A stretch of DNA of 64,000 bases from assembly GCA_002009975.1 (NCBI GenBank), contig MTLP01000002.1, positions 34,795-98,794 on the forward strand. The letters are read 5' to 3'. Made by a program: the position numbers and the translations under genes. Numbering within the stretch: position 1 is the first letter of the stretch; each line of letters starts with the position of its first letter. The notes below the pieces were generated by a model, which was given only the letters and a program-made list of their open reading frames with translations, was not told where the DNA came from and searched no databases. This document shows positions 44,352-53,426 of this stretch, piece by piece. The stretch is from Thermococcus sp. JdFR-02. Its GTDB lineage: Archaea; Methanobacteriota_B; Thermococci; Thermococcales; Thermococcaceae.

Positions 44352-45008
44352 GTGGGGAAGCCTATGATTGAGATAATACAAAAGATTTGGGATAGTATTA
44401 AGTGGGGAGAGACAGTATTGCTTGAGTATTCTACCAGTAATGTCCCTGCTTACTTAGGACTTTATCACCAGATAACATGGGCCAAGAAAAAAGGTTACCC
44501 AGTACTCATTGACGATATTTTAGATACCTTTTACGTTCATACACAACATATGAGATTAGCTGGCTTAGACATCAACACTTTAAGCGACGTTAAAGTCATA
44601 AAAATTGGAGGTCGATTAGAATTTGGAAATGTGTTAGGACATATTCCAATAAAGGAAACTTCTATCTTTATAAGAGAGTACACCCCCATTTTTAATGCTT
44701 ACATTAAAGAAGTCCAAGTGATAAACCCTGTCTTAGGGTACGAGAAGTTATTTATGCTCGCTGAATCAAGGAAAGAAATACTGGAGCGGGTGATTAACCA
44801 AATTTTATTCTTTGTCGGGAACGAAAGGAGGATTGCTTATTATTATGTTAACACTGCCATTATCGAGAAAGGATTCCCTGAAGCTTTACCCCTACTTGAA
44901 GAACTTGCAACTACTGTTATTAAACTGAAAAAGAGCGGGAAAACCTTTACATTCTCAGTAATCAAATCTATAAACAGTGAACTTGACGAAATTGAAGTAA
45001 AAATATAG
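44352..45008 (+). CDS. DUF257 family protein
   Basis: KWGETVLLEY, IDDILDT, IKIGG, LEELATTV. Confidence 0.75.
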   Translation: MGKPMIEIIQKIWDSIKWGETVLLEYSTSNVPAYLGLYHQITWAKKKGYPVLIDDILDTFYVHTQHMRLAGLDINTLSDVKVIKIGGRLEFGNVLGHIPIKETSIFIREYTPIFNAYIKEVQVINPVLGYEKLFMLAESRKEILERVINQILFFVGNERRIAYYYVNTAIIEKGFPEALPLLEELATTVIKLKKSGKTFTFSVIKSINSELDEIEVKI

Positions 45009-45166
45009 TTCTCACAGCTCTTTCGTTGATTAAAGTTCAACTCTTTCAATTTTAAGCTGATTTTACTTTCAATTTCATTTTAGTCAAAAAAGTTATGCAA
45101 ATAGAACAGAAGACAAAAATTAAGCATATCCATTAATGCAAAAGTGTGGAGAAATTCCAGAAATCA

Positions 45167-45481
45167 TTATAAGAGTAGAATGGTGCGGTGGCCGGGATTT
45201 GAACCCGGGTCGCCGGCTCGGAAGGCCGGAGTCCTAGACCAGACTAGACTACCACCGCACGAATCACCAATTCTAACTATCTCCACGCTTGATTTAAGAC
45301 CTAAAGCCACCTCAAGCAACTGCTCCACCAAACGGCTCACATTAGCGAACCTCTGCCTTGCCAATGTCCACACCTGTCTACGTATAGTCAAATTCACATG
45401 AATTCTCTCGTCCTCAAGGCGCTTTTTTGACGATTCCTGACCACTCCTGCCTTCTCTCTCAATACGTATTCCTACGTGCAT
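45167..45481 (-). CDS. N-terminal fragment of split SSV1-type integrase, Int(N), reading through tRNA-Gly
   Basis: GGTGA RBS and TTTATAAA upstream; frame through att (CGGSLVWSRTPAFRAG) matches the Int(C) frame. Confidence 0.85.
   Translation of the reverse strand: MHVGIRIEREGRSGQESSKKRLEDERIHVNLTIRRQVWTLARQRFANVSRLVEQLLEVALGLKSSVEIVRIGDSCGGSLVWSRTPAFRAGDPGSNPGHRTILLL
45181..45258 (-). tRNA. tRNA-Gly(TCC), intact copy with encoded CCA
   Basis: GCGGTGG...CCGGC-CTTCCGA-GCCGG...GGTTCAAATCC...CCACCGC-ACCA. Confidence 0.96.
45212..45259. repeat. Left att direct repeat (48 bp)
   Basis: Identical to 60018-60065. Confidence 0.95.
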
Positions 45482-45488
45482 ATACGTA

Positions 45489-45515
45489 TCACCAACTCAA
45501 ATTTATAAACTTTAC
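45489..45515 (-). promoter_or_regulatory. Integrase promoter (BRE-TATA) and RBS
   Basis: Minus strand reads GTAAAG-TTTATAAA-TTTGAGTT-GGTGA-TACGTAT-ATG. Confidence 0.7.
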
Positions 45516-45788
45516 GCTTATTAAACCATAATAAGAAAACCACAAAAAAACCAAAGAAAAACAATGAACAAAACCATACAAAAACAAACACAAAAAAGAA
45601 TGCGACATCAAAGGAGTCATTATAGCACTCGCACTACTAATTAGACTCGCATACATACTCAAAAAACTAAGCGAATGAAAATAATCACAAAAAGCTTAAT
45701 CACTTACGCTTTTTCTTCTTTTCTGGTGATTTTATAATTTCTAAAAATCAAAAAAATATAAATCTAACAAGACAACAAAGTATAATTC

Positions 45789-46532
45789 ATGAAGTGGAAT
45801 ATACTCTCAAAATATCTCAGCATTATTGTTTTAGGCCTTCCAATACTTGTAATATCTCTGATAGTATTTAACATTTTTAAGGCAGTATTTCTAGATTTAA
45901 TGCCAAATACTGAATTCTCTAAATTATTTGAGCCAATCCTTACAACGGAAAAATTTAAGCTACTCATTTTTGGAATCATAACAATCTCTGTTGGTCATAT
46001 TATGATAGACTACTTAAATGAGGTCAGAAGCATAAATAACAAACTTACTAAATCTAGATTTTCATTTCTCCTCATTTTTGTTCCAAGTATGATGATACTA
46101 GGTGGACTCTTATCACTATCACAAAATGCGAGTAATGTTATAATACTCGGATTAATTCTTCTAATAACAGTATTTTTGAAAGGAGTAGTTCGATTTGCTT
46201 CACTTATCCAGAACGAGTGGAATAAGGAGTATGTAATGTGGATGAAACTAATTTTTGGAATTTTATTTACAGCGCTAGAGGTCTCAGAGATAGTTGCATT
46301 AACTTTATTCTTTGCATCATTAGGTAGAATTGCTATGATATTAAATTATCAGGTTATAGGTGTCACCTTCATTATAGCCTCAATTGGAGGATTCACATTA
46401 AATCTTCTTCCAGATAAATGGTTGTTAGCTCCTTTTAAGCTCCGTTCAATTACCAGAAACTTATTTCTAAAATTACAAAAACAACAAGGAGAAATGCCAA
46501 AACATCCTCAAAAAACTAGGCGAAGGAAATAA
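45789..46532 (+). CDS. Polytopic membrane protein of the element
   Basis: About six hydrophobic segments, basic C-terminal tail. Confidence 0.7.
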   Translation: MKWNILSKYLSIIVLGLPILVISLIVFNIFKAVFLDLMPNTEFSKLFEPILTTEKFKLLIFGIITISVGHIMIDYLNEVRSINNKLTKSRFSFLLIFVPSMMILGGLLSLSQNASNVIILGLILLITVFLKGVVRFASLIQNEWNKEYVMWMKLIFGILFTALEVSEIVALTLFFASLGRIAMILNYQVIGVTFIIASIGGFTLNLLPDKWLLAPFKLRSITRNLFLKLQKQQGEMPKHPQKTRRRK

Positions 46533-46595
46533 CCACAAAAAATCCTAATTATCACCTTCTAGACTTCTTTTTCTCTTTCTTATCAGTCTTAATCA

Positions 46596-46757
46596 CTATT
46601 TCTCTGAATTCTCTTCTTTTTCAATTTCAAGAATTTTAATCTTCACGTAATCTCCTTCATTAAGCTCATACGCTTTGCGGAATGCTTTTGGTAAAACTAT
46701 CCTTCCAGCATTTCCAACTCTTAACTTAAACTCAACATCCACCTTTATCTTTGCCAT
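46596..46757 (-). CDS. AbrB/MazE/SpoVT-like DNA-binding protein (53 aa, below ORF-track cutoff)
   Basis: MAKIKVDVEFKLRVGNAGRIVLPKAFRKAYELNEGDYVKIKI...; GGAGG RBS. Confidence 0.82.
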   Translation of the reverse strand: MAKIKVDVEFKLRVGNAGRIVLPKAFRKAYELNEGDYVKIKILEIEKEENSEK

Positions 46758-46833
46758 TTGTATGACCTCCTAATGCCATCTCATTGTTATTTTAAATAAT
46801 CACCTTATAAAAACTTTGTCATTACGCCAAATG

Positions 46834-46920
46834 TATGCCATTTAAATGGTTAATATTTGGCAATTATTTGCCAAAAAGAATAAATACCACATATATGCCA
46901 ATTATATGGTGAATATTTGG
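46834..46920. repeat. Two 27-bp operator-like direct repeats 60 bp apart in a divergent promoter region
   Basis: TATGCCATTTAAATGGTTAATATTTGG and TATGCCAATTATATGGTGAATATTTGG (24/27 identical). Confidence 0.75.
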
Positions 46921-46961
46921 TATTACATATCTAATCAGCAATAATTGAATCAGCAAAACAA

Positions 46962-47192
46962 ATGGAGGCAGAAAAAATGGTTGGAACAATATTAGAGAAA
47001 ATAGAAATCTTTGAAGAAGATTTGAGCAGATTAAAAAGGTTCATTGAAAAAACAAAGTTAAAGAAAGAGCAACAGGTCTCAATACTATCCAATTACTTTG
47101 AGGACACAATATCGAAAGATTTTGAGTCTCTCAAGGTAGAGATTGAAACTTATCTGCACTACCGCCAATTAAAGATCAGATTTGAGGAATGA
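46962..47192 (+). CDS. Hypothetical protein (coiled-coil), first gene of the rightward operon
   Basis: 76-aa ORF; GGAGG precedes ATG 46977. Confidence 0.6.
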   Translation: MEAEKMVGTILEKIEIFEEDLSRLKRFIEKTKLKKEQQVSILSNYFEDTISKDFESLKVEIETYLHYRQLKIRFEE

Positions 47193-47198
47193 ACAGTT

Positions 47199-47726
47199 GT
47201 GGAGGTTATCAAAATGAGAATTCAGATGAAAGAAAAGGAAAGTGGAAAACTTGTCTGGATTGACACAGAAGACATTATCGTAGTTGGCTCATATGACCTA
47301 AAAGTATTTGTTGAAGACATCAATGAAAAAAGCTACCATCTAACTCTTGATCAACCTCTTTCAATAAAAGAGTGGATCAATGCAATGGAAATATTCAGCG
47401 AAATTATGAGAGGATACACACCAAAAGAAGTTGACAATAAGGAAGCAATTTCTTATCAAGAACTAAGACATATAATCAAAACATCAGACAGGTGGATAGA
47501 TTCTCCATTACTCTCAGATTTTCCATTGCGACACTCAATTACACTTAGAGCAGAAGCAAAAATAAGAAAGCTTCATGAACACATCATAGATACTCTTCCA
47601 TTTATTCTCATTGGTACAAGCATAGGATTACTTTTTGGAATAGGTGGTGTTATTCTCGGAGGAGTAATCGGCGCACTTTTTAGTGATGAATTCAAGAAGG
47701 TGATACTCCATGAAAATAACAGTTGA
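47199..47726 (+). CDS. Hypothetical protein with C-terminal glycine-zipper TM segment
   Basis: GTSIGLLFGIGGVILGGVIGALF. Confidence 0.65.
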   Translation: MEVIKMRIQMKEKESGKLVWIDTEDIIVVGSYDLKVFVEDINEKSYHLTLDQPLSIKEWINAMEIFSEIMRGYTPKEVDNKEAISYQELRHIIKTSDRWIDSPLLSDFPLRHSITLRAEAKIRKLHEHIIDTLPFILIGTSIGLLFGIGGVILGGVIGALFSDEFKKVILHENNS

Positions 47727-47865
47727 TGAAGTTTTAGCAGTTTTAGGAATAGAATTTGGCTTAGAGTATGCTATTGTAACAAAATCAAAAACAAAATCGA
47801 AGAATGGCTTATGCATTGCCTCACTATGTCTTGGATATCTTATTGGCAAGATAACGAGAAGGTGA
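47710..47865 (+). CDS. Small membrane protein (51 aa, not in ORF track)
   Basis: GGTGA RBS; MKITVDEVLAVLGIEFGLEY...LCLGYLIGKITRR. Confidence 0.55.
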   Translation: MKITVDEVLAVLGIEFGLEYAIVTKSKTKSKNGLCIASLCLGYLIGKITRR

Positions 47866-47918
47866 ATACCATGATTCATAACGAAGGAACTTTCAGTTTT
47901 CAAGGAGCGTGAGTGCTA

Positions 47919-48071
47919 ATGGCATCTGAAATATTGGCTTTTGTATTTGGTTTTGTAATAGTACAGGTTACACTAAGGTTTATTGTTGCAGTCATGTTCT
48001 GGAGGCAAGCAAAAGCTAATGGATTAGATATTAACTTCAAGGAAGCATTTGTAGAATTTCTTACTGAGTGA
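47919..48071 (+). CDS. Small single-TM protein (50 aa, not in ORF track)
   Basis: MASEILAFVFGFVIVQVTLRFIVAVMFWRQAK... Confidence 0.55.
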   Translation: MASEILAFVFGFVIVQVTLRFIVAVMFWRQAKANGLDINFKEAFVEFLTE

Positions 48072-48075
48072 GGAG

Positions 48076-48336
48076 GTGAGATTTATGAAAATTGAAGATC
48101 GAATTGAAAGAGAAATTATAGAAAAGCACAGATATGTTTTGATTTTAGAGGAAGAGATACTTAACAAACTCAAAGAAGAAATTAGCAAAGATGTTAAGAG
48201 ATATCTTGAATGTGAAGATTGTCAGATAAATATCATAAAGCTGAGATTAACAGCAGATATAGTAGTTGAAAGCTCTTTTGTTCCTATTCCTCTTCCACTT
48301 GCAAGACATTATGAGATTGAAGGTGAGGAGCAATGA
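48076..48336 (+). CDS. Hypothetical protein
   Basis: GGAGGTGA RBS; operon packing. Confidence 0.6.
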   Translation: MRFMKIEDRIEREIIEKHRYVLILEEEILNKLKEEISKDVKRYLECEDCQINIIKLRLTADIVVESSFVPIPLPLARHYEIEGEEQ

Positions 48337-48518
48337 TCACTGAAATAATAGGCATTTTCACAATTTTATGGCTTGGTGGACGATTAATCACCATTATAGC
48401 AATGTCTCTGATTTGGCTAGAGAGAAAGTTACGAAAGAAAGGCATTGACTTATACAAATCTTTGTTTCCTTTGACATATTTTGTTCAAAAAAGAGTTGAA
48501 ACCTGTGATGCTAAATGA
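48333..48518 (+). CDS. Small single-TM protein
   Basis: ATGA overlap, GGTGAGGAG RBS, hydrophobic N-terminal half. Confidence 0.6.
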   Translation: MITEIIGIFTILWLGGRLITIIAMSLIWLERKLRKKGIDLYKSLFPLTYFVQKRVETCDAK

Positions 48519-48788
48519 AAGTGTTAGGAATACACCAAAATACAAAAATTCCAAAATTTTTAAATAACTTGAGTAATATACCTGTACTGCCAAAGAATGT
48601 TAGAGTAATTAGTATAGTAAGGAAATATTACAGGAAACCGAAGGCATTATTGACATTAAAATCAGTAACTTTTCTCAGCAAATCAAGAAAATTAGTGGTT
48701 AGTGAAATTAAGCTTTCATTTTTGTTTTTAGAATAGTCAGCTCAGATGTTGAGATTGTTAGTGTGAGATATGTGAGGAGGTATCGAAT

Positions 48789-51359
48789 ATGGATGGTGAG
48801 AGTGAGAAATATTTTGGTGAGAGGAGTAAGGTAAGTGAGACGAAACAAAATTTTTTCAGTTTTTCAAACAGTGAAAAAGAAAAAAGAAGCAATAATATCT
48901 TTTTCATTTCAAATGAAAAAGTGAAAACAAACGAAAAATTAAATGAAAAACATGATGAAGCTGATTTTATCAACGAAATTATTGAAGCTGTAAGGCAATC
49001 ACTTAAACTTTTTCGTAATTATGATGCTATACCTTTTGCAGTTCTATTTCTGAATAGAGAAATAAGCGAAGAACAGCTAAGAACTGAAATTAAAAAATGG
49101 ATGGAAAAAGGCATCATTAAAAATTATAGCGTAGATTCTATGAAGCAAGCCTTATCAAGAGTTAAAAAGTCGCCATACGTTTTATCGAGAACAGATGAGC
49201 TTGGAATAACGTATTACCAGATGACAGATGAAGCAAAAACGAAAATCAAAAATAAATTAATAGTTTTAACTGAAGAAAAAGAAATTGAAGATAGTTCTAG
49301 AAAAGCTGAAGAAGCTGATAAGGAGACATTAATCACTTTATTTGTTGATTTCTTTAAGTCTTACATGGATTCTAATAGCAAGAAGGTTTACATAGAGAAG
49401 CTGAAAAACTTATTGACTGTAAGATCATCTAAGAGTCTGGTTATAGATTGGTCACATTTGAGTGCTTGGAATCCTAATTTAGCAGCACGTTTGATTAATG
49501 AGCCTGAAATGGTTATTAATGCTGCAGAAATTGCTATTACGATTGTATTTAAAGAGGAATTATTTAGTGATGAACAACCTAAGACTTTTGTTCGCTTCGT
49601 TAACTTGCCAAAGACTATTTTGATCAAGAATATTAGTAACGAGCATATCAACAAGCTGATTCAAATTGAAGCAGTAGTTACTAGAGTCGGAGAGTTAAAG
49701 CCGTTTGCTTACAAGTCCGTATTTGTATGCAAAGATTGTGGACATGAACATAAAAGAATTCAACAACCGTTTGCACCTGAAATTAAAGTTAAAAGATGTG
49801 AAAATTGCGGATCTAAAAATGTCGCATTGGATGTCACTAAATCCACATTTATACCTTTACAGAGTATTAGATTCCAAGAGTTACCTAACAACATGAAGCC
49901 TGGCGAACCACCAAGGATTTTGGATAGTATTGTATCGCATGATTTAGTAAATGTCCTAATTCCAGGAATGCGTGTTAGAATTGTTGGTATTTTGAGAGTA
50001 TTACCAGATTCTTCAAAGATTGCTACTTTCAAAAAGATGTTGGAAGTAAATAGTATAATTGTGCTAGACCAAGGATTAGAAGATATCGAGATTAATGATG
50101 AGGACATCATGAAAATTAAACAATTAGTTTCAGAGCCAAATCTTGAAGAGTTAGCTGTACAATCATTCGCACCTGCAATTTTTGGATATGATGACGTCAA
50201 ACTTGGTTTGATTTTATCCTTATTTAGTGCACCAAATGTTGAATTGCCTGATGGAATGAGATTAAGAGGTGAAATTCATTCACTCTTGATTGGTGATCCT
50301 TCTACTGCCAAATCTACATTAGTTAGATGGACTGTTAACATCGCTCCAAGAGCTGTTTATACAAGTGGTCGTGGTGCTACAGTCGCCGGTATTACTGCCG
50401 CCGCTGTCTGGGATGAAATTTCAAGAAGTTGGATGTTAGAAGGTGGTGTTTTAGTTTTAGCTGACCAAGGAGTGGCAATCATTGATGAATTGGATAAATT
50501 AAGTGAAGAAGCTAAAAAGAGTTTGCATGAAGCACTTGAACATGGTACAGTAAGTGTATCTAAAGCTGGAATTAATGCTAATTTGAATGCCAGAGCTACA
50601 TTAATTGCTGCAGCTAATCCTAAATATGGTCGTTGGAATCGGTATAAGAGTGTAGTTGAGCAGATTAATATTGATCCTGCATTGTTATCAAGATTTGACT
50701 TAATTTTTGTATTTATCGACGAACCAGAAGAAGAATTTGACAGTCAAGTTGCACACCATATTCTGAGTGTAAGAAATAAGAAAAAGGAGGCTATTTCGAC
50801 ACCAATTCCTTTAGACTTATTTAAAAAGTGGATTGCTTATGCGAAATTAAACATCAATCCAGTAATTCCTGAAAGCTTATGGAAGGATCTTGAGCAATAC
50901 TATGTTGAGTTAAGATCGAGTATTAAGAAATACGCAGAAAAACATGGTATTGTACCTATTCCTATTACTGTTAGACAGTTAGAGGCTATGATTAGATTGG
51001 CACAAGCTAGAGCTAGGATGTTTTTGAGAGAGAAAGTTACTGCAGAAGATATTATGAAAGCCAAAGAGATTATTGAGTACATGCTTAAACATATTGCAAT
51101 GGATTCAAGTGGAATTATTGACGTGAGTATTTTAGAAGTTGGAAAGTCTGCGAGAGAGATTGAAAAAATGGATATTGTTGTTGATTCCATTAAGTTTTGG
51201 CAAGATAAATTTGATTTTGGAGCACCTTTAGATGAAATTGTTAAGGAGTGTGAGAAAAAGAAGATTAATAGTACAGAGGTTAAGAAGATATTGGATAAGC
51301 TTATGGAGGAAGGAAAAGTTTATTCACCAAGAGATAGATATTACAGATTGGCTATGTGA
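48789..51359 (+). CDS. mcm: Element-encoded MCM helicase with long N-terminal extension
   Basis: CKDC..CENC Zn motif, GDPSTAKS, IDELDK, AAANP, SRFD, TVRQLE, C-terminal wHTH. Confidence 0.93.
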   Translation: MDGESEKYFGERSKVSETKQNFFSFSNSEKEKRSNNIFFISNEKVKTNEKLNEKHDEADFINEIIEAVRQSLKLFRNYDAIPFAVLFLNREISEEQLRTEIKKWMEKGIIKNYSVDSMKQALSRVKKSPYVLSRTDELGITYYQMTDEAKTKIKNKLIVLTEEKEIEDSSRKAEEADKETLITLFVDFFKSYMDSNSKKVYIEKLKNLLTVRSSKSLVIDWSHLSAWNPNLAARLINEPEMVINAAEIAITIVFKEELFSDEQPKTFVRFVNLPKTILIKNISNEHINKLIQIEAVVTRVGELKPFAYKSVFVCKDCGHEHKRIQQPFAPEIKVKRCENCGSKNVALDVTKSTFIPLQSIRFQELPNNMKPGEPPRILDSIVSHDLVNVLIPGMRVRIVGILRVLPDSSKIATFKKMLEVNSIIVLDQGLEDIEINDEDIMKIKQLVSEPNLEELAVQSFAPAIFGYDDVKLGLILSLFSAPNVELPDGMRLRGEIHSLLIGDPSTAKSTLVRWTVNIAPRAVYTSGRGATVAGITAAAVWDEISRSWMLEGGVLVLADQGVAIIDELDKLSEEAKKSLHEALEHGTVSVSKAGINANLNARATLIAAANPKYGRWNRYKSVVEQINIDPALLSRFDLIFVFIDEPEEEFDSQVAHHILSVRNKKKEAISTPIPLDLFKKWIAYAKLNINPVIPESLWKDLEQYYVELRSSIKKYAEKHGIVPIPITVRQLEAMIRLAQARARMFLREKVTAEDIMKAKEIIEYMLKHIAMDSSGIIDVSILEVGKSAREIEKMDIVVDSIKFWQDKFDFGAPLDEIVKECEKKKINSTEVKKILDKLMEEGKVYSPRDRYYRLAM

Positions 51360-51368
51360 GGTGAGCAC

Positions 51369-51770
51369 ATGGCTAAAGCTAAATATGTTATTTTCTTTGA
51401 TGGAGAAAAAGAATGGAAAATACCAATAGTTAAGTCAGATAGTGAATTAAGTAAGTATTACGAGGAGTTTAAGAAAGCTGGTAAGCCATTTATCCATATC
51501 AAACATATTGGTAGGACTGTCAAGTATAAGATAGATTTTGATCTAAATTCAGAGTTAACAGATGAGGCAAAAAATAAGCTTGAGGAAATAATTAGATATT
51601 ATACTTCAAAGTCAGCAGAATATTGCAAGAAGTGGCGCAATGATTTTGAATGGTATAGTTTATCCAGTCGACATGGCTATTTCATGGTACATACAAAATT
51701 CAAAGAAAAAGCAGCAATAGAAATTGCTTTAATTCTTTTTGATGAGTCTAATTGGAAGCATACTCTTTGA
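51369..51770 (+). CDS. Hypothetical protein
   Basis: GAGGTGA RBS directly after mcm. Confidence 0.65.
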   Translation: MAKAKYVIFFDGEKEWKIPIVKSDSELSKYYEEFKKAGKPFIHIKHIGRTVKYKIDFDLNSELTDEAKNKLEEIIRYYTSKSAEYCKKWRNDFEWYSLSSRHGYFMVHTKFKEKAAIEIALILFDESNWKHTL

Positions 51771-51978
51771 ATTGGTCTATCCTTTCTTTTTAGATTTTCA
51801 ATGAGTCCTAAAGTTCTTTGAATGGTAATTTTGTGGATATAATCGTATATTCAAACGTGGTACTATTAATTTCTATTTATCTATATATTTATTTTGACAG
51901 TTATATGTTATCATATGGTTTAACCGTAAAATCTATATAGTTATATGGTGGATATTAAGATAGAACCGGTTAAATCAG

Positions 51979-52629
51979 GTGGTTAAATTGGTAGAGAAGA
52001 AGAAATACGTTTGTTTAAAGTGTGGTAATATTTTTGATAGTAGAGCAAAAACTCCGAGATGTTCACTTTGCAAAAGTAGAAAGGTAGTAGAGTATGAGTT
52101 TTGGATTAAAAAGAAACAAGAAATTGAAAATAAGCAAAACGAAGAACAGAAATCAGAGTTTGATGTGGTTAATAATATGGTTAAGCCGGTTAAACCTGGT
52201 GATAATGTGGATTTAACCGGTGAAAAACCAGATAAAGATGTGGTTGAACTGGTGGTTAATGGTCAAAAACCGGTTAATCATTTGGAGGATGATGGCGAAA
52301 AATCACTTGTAAACGGTGAAACCAATGGTGAAAGTGAAAAACCACTAGGACCACATAATGATGAAAAGTCCAATGGCGAAATGGTTAAACATGCAGAAAA
52401 AGTGAAGCTTAAGAATATTAAAAAGAATGCAGGAATAAGTATTCCAATTCTTCCTGCCAGTTTCTTAGTCCTCGTTGGTGTTATAGTGTTGATTTACTGG
52501 AAGCGCAAAGAGATATGGAACATGATAGATTCCTTGTTTGGAAGAGAAAAAGATCAAGATCTTCTGTTAGACTATTCTTATCACTCTAAAAATCCTCTGA
52601 GGCTTAAAATTAGACAAAATTTAAGATAA
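51979..52629 (+). CDS. Zn-finger protein with low-complexity linker and C-terminal TM anchor
   Basis: CLKC...CSLC; ILPASFLVLVGVIVLIYW. Confidence 0.7.
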   Translation: MVKLVEKKKYVCLKCGNIFDSRAKTPRCSLCKSRKVVEYEFWIKKKQEIENKQNEEQKSEFDVVNNMVKPVKPGDNVDLTGEKPDKDVVELVVNGQKPVNHLEDDGEKSLVNGETNGESEKPLGPHNDEKSNGEMVKHAEKVKLKNIKKNAGISIPILPASFLVLVGVIVLIYWKRKEIWNMIDSLFGREKDQDLLLDYSYHSKNPLRLKIRQNLR

Positions 52630-52644
52630 AATAAGAAAGGTGAG

Positions 52645-53022
52645 GTGTTAAAGATGGCTTTAAGTGTGAGTGAGATTATTGCTAAGGTAAATAAGAAGCA
52701 TAGGTATTTGGTAATATTTAAGGATGGTAGAGAAGTGAAGCTGAAAGGAGATGAACTTAAGGAGAAGCTATTGAGTGGTCAAATTAGGCTTAGTGAGCTT
52801 AGAGATATCCAAGACTTGGATTATGATAGTCGTGTAGAAGAGATAAATGGACTAGAAAAGTTTCTAAAGAAAGTAGAGTGGCGCCTTGGTTCTTTAATGA
52901 AAGGAGGTCAAGACCTATCTAGTTGGTTCCAAACTATTCTAAAAGTGATAGGAATGTTAATTGGTCTTTTTATAGTAATTAAAGTTCTAAGTGGAACTTT
53001 AGGAGGTGGAAATAGTGATTAA
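52645..53022 (+). CDS. Hypothetical protein with C-terminal TM
   Basis: ILKVIGMLIGLFIVIKVL. Confidence 0.65.
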   Translation: MLKMALSVSEIIAKVNKKHRYLVIFKDGREVKLKGDELKEKLLSGQIRLSELRDIQDLDYDSRVEEINGLEKFLKKVEWRLGSLMKGGQDLSSWFQTILKVIGMLIGLFIVIKVLSGTLGGGNSD

Positions 53023-53170
53023 TCTTGAGGATAAAGAGACTATATATGGAAGCCTTATTTTTGGTCTTGGCTTGCTTTTTCTGTATACAATTGCTTTGAA
53101 TGTTAAGCAATGTAAGGATACATTAAAGGAGATTCATAAATTGTTGGCTACAACCACTACAAATGACTAA
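53015..53170 (+). CDS. Small single-TM protein (51 aa, not in ORF track)
   Basis: GGAGGTG RBS, GTG start; YGSLIFGLGLLFLYTIAL. Confidence 0.55.
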   Translation: MINLEDKETIYGSLIFGLGLLFLYTIALNVKQCKDTLKEIHKLLATTTTND

Positions 53171-53175
53171 ATCAG

Positions 53176-53373
53176 GTGAGTGTAGTGATAAAGGAGAAAG
53201 AAGTAGATAATAAGAATAAGAACCTAACACCAGAGGAAGAAAAGTTGGAGGAAATAGAGAAAGCTTTAGAATGGTGTATAGAACATCCTTTCATCTTTTC
53301 TCTTGTTCTAATAGTAGCCTTTTATTTTTTTACAGACTTTCCAGATTGTTGTTTTATCCTGTCCAAACTTTGA
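53176..53373 (+). CDS. Small membrane protein
   Basis: PFIFSLVLIVAFYFF. Confidence 0.55.
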   Translation: MSVVIKEKEVDNKNKNLTPEEEKLEEIEKALEWCIEHPFIFSLVLIVAFYFFTDFPDCCFILSKL

Positions 53374-53426
53374 ATGGAATTGTACAATTAGTGGATAGAC
53401 TCGGAAAAGATTAGGTAAAATCAGAG

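Noticed and set aside
45144-45401. 85-aa plus-strand ORF
   Set aside because: Antisense shadow of tRNA-Gly and Int(N).
45530-45680. A/C-rich tract with a short hydrophobic frame (KGVIIALALLIRLAYIL)
   Set aside because: No in-frame start and no regular period; at most a gene remnant.
48515-48736. 73-aa ORF upstream of mcm
   Set aside because: Unusual composition in an AT-rich repeat region; treated as probable origin DNA, although a real gene is not excluded (ATGA overlap).
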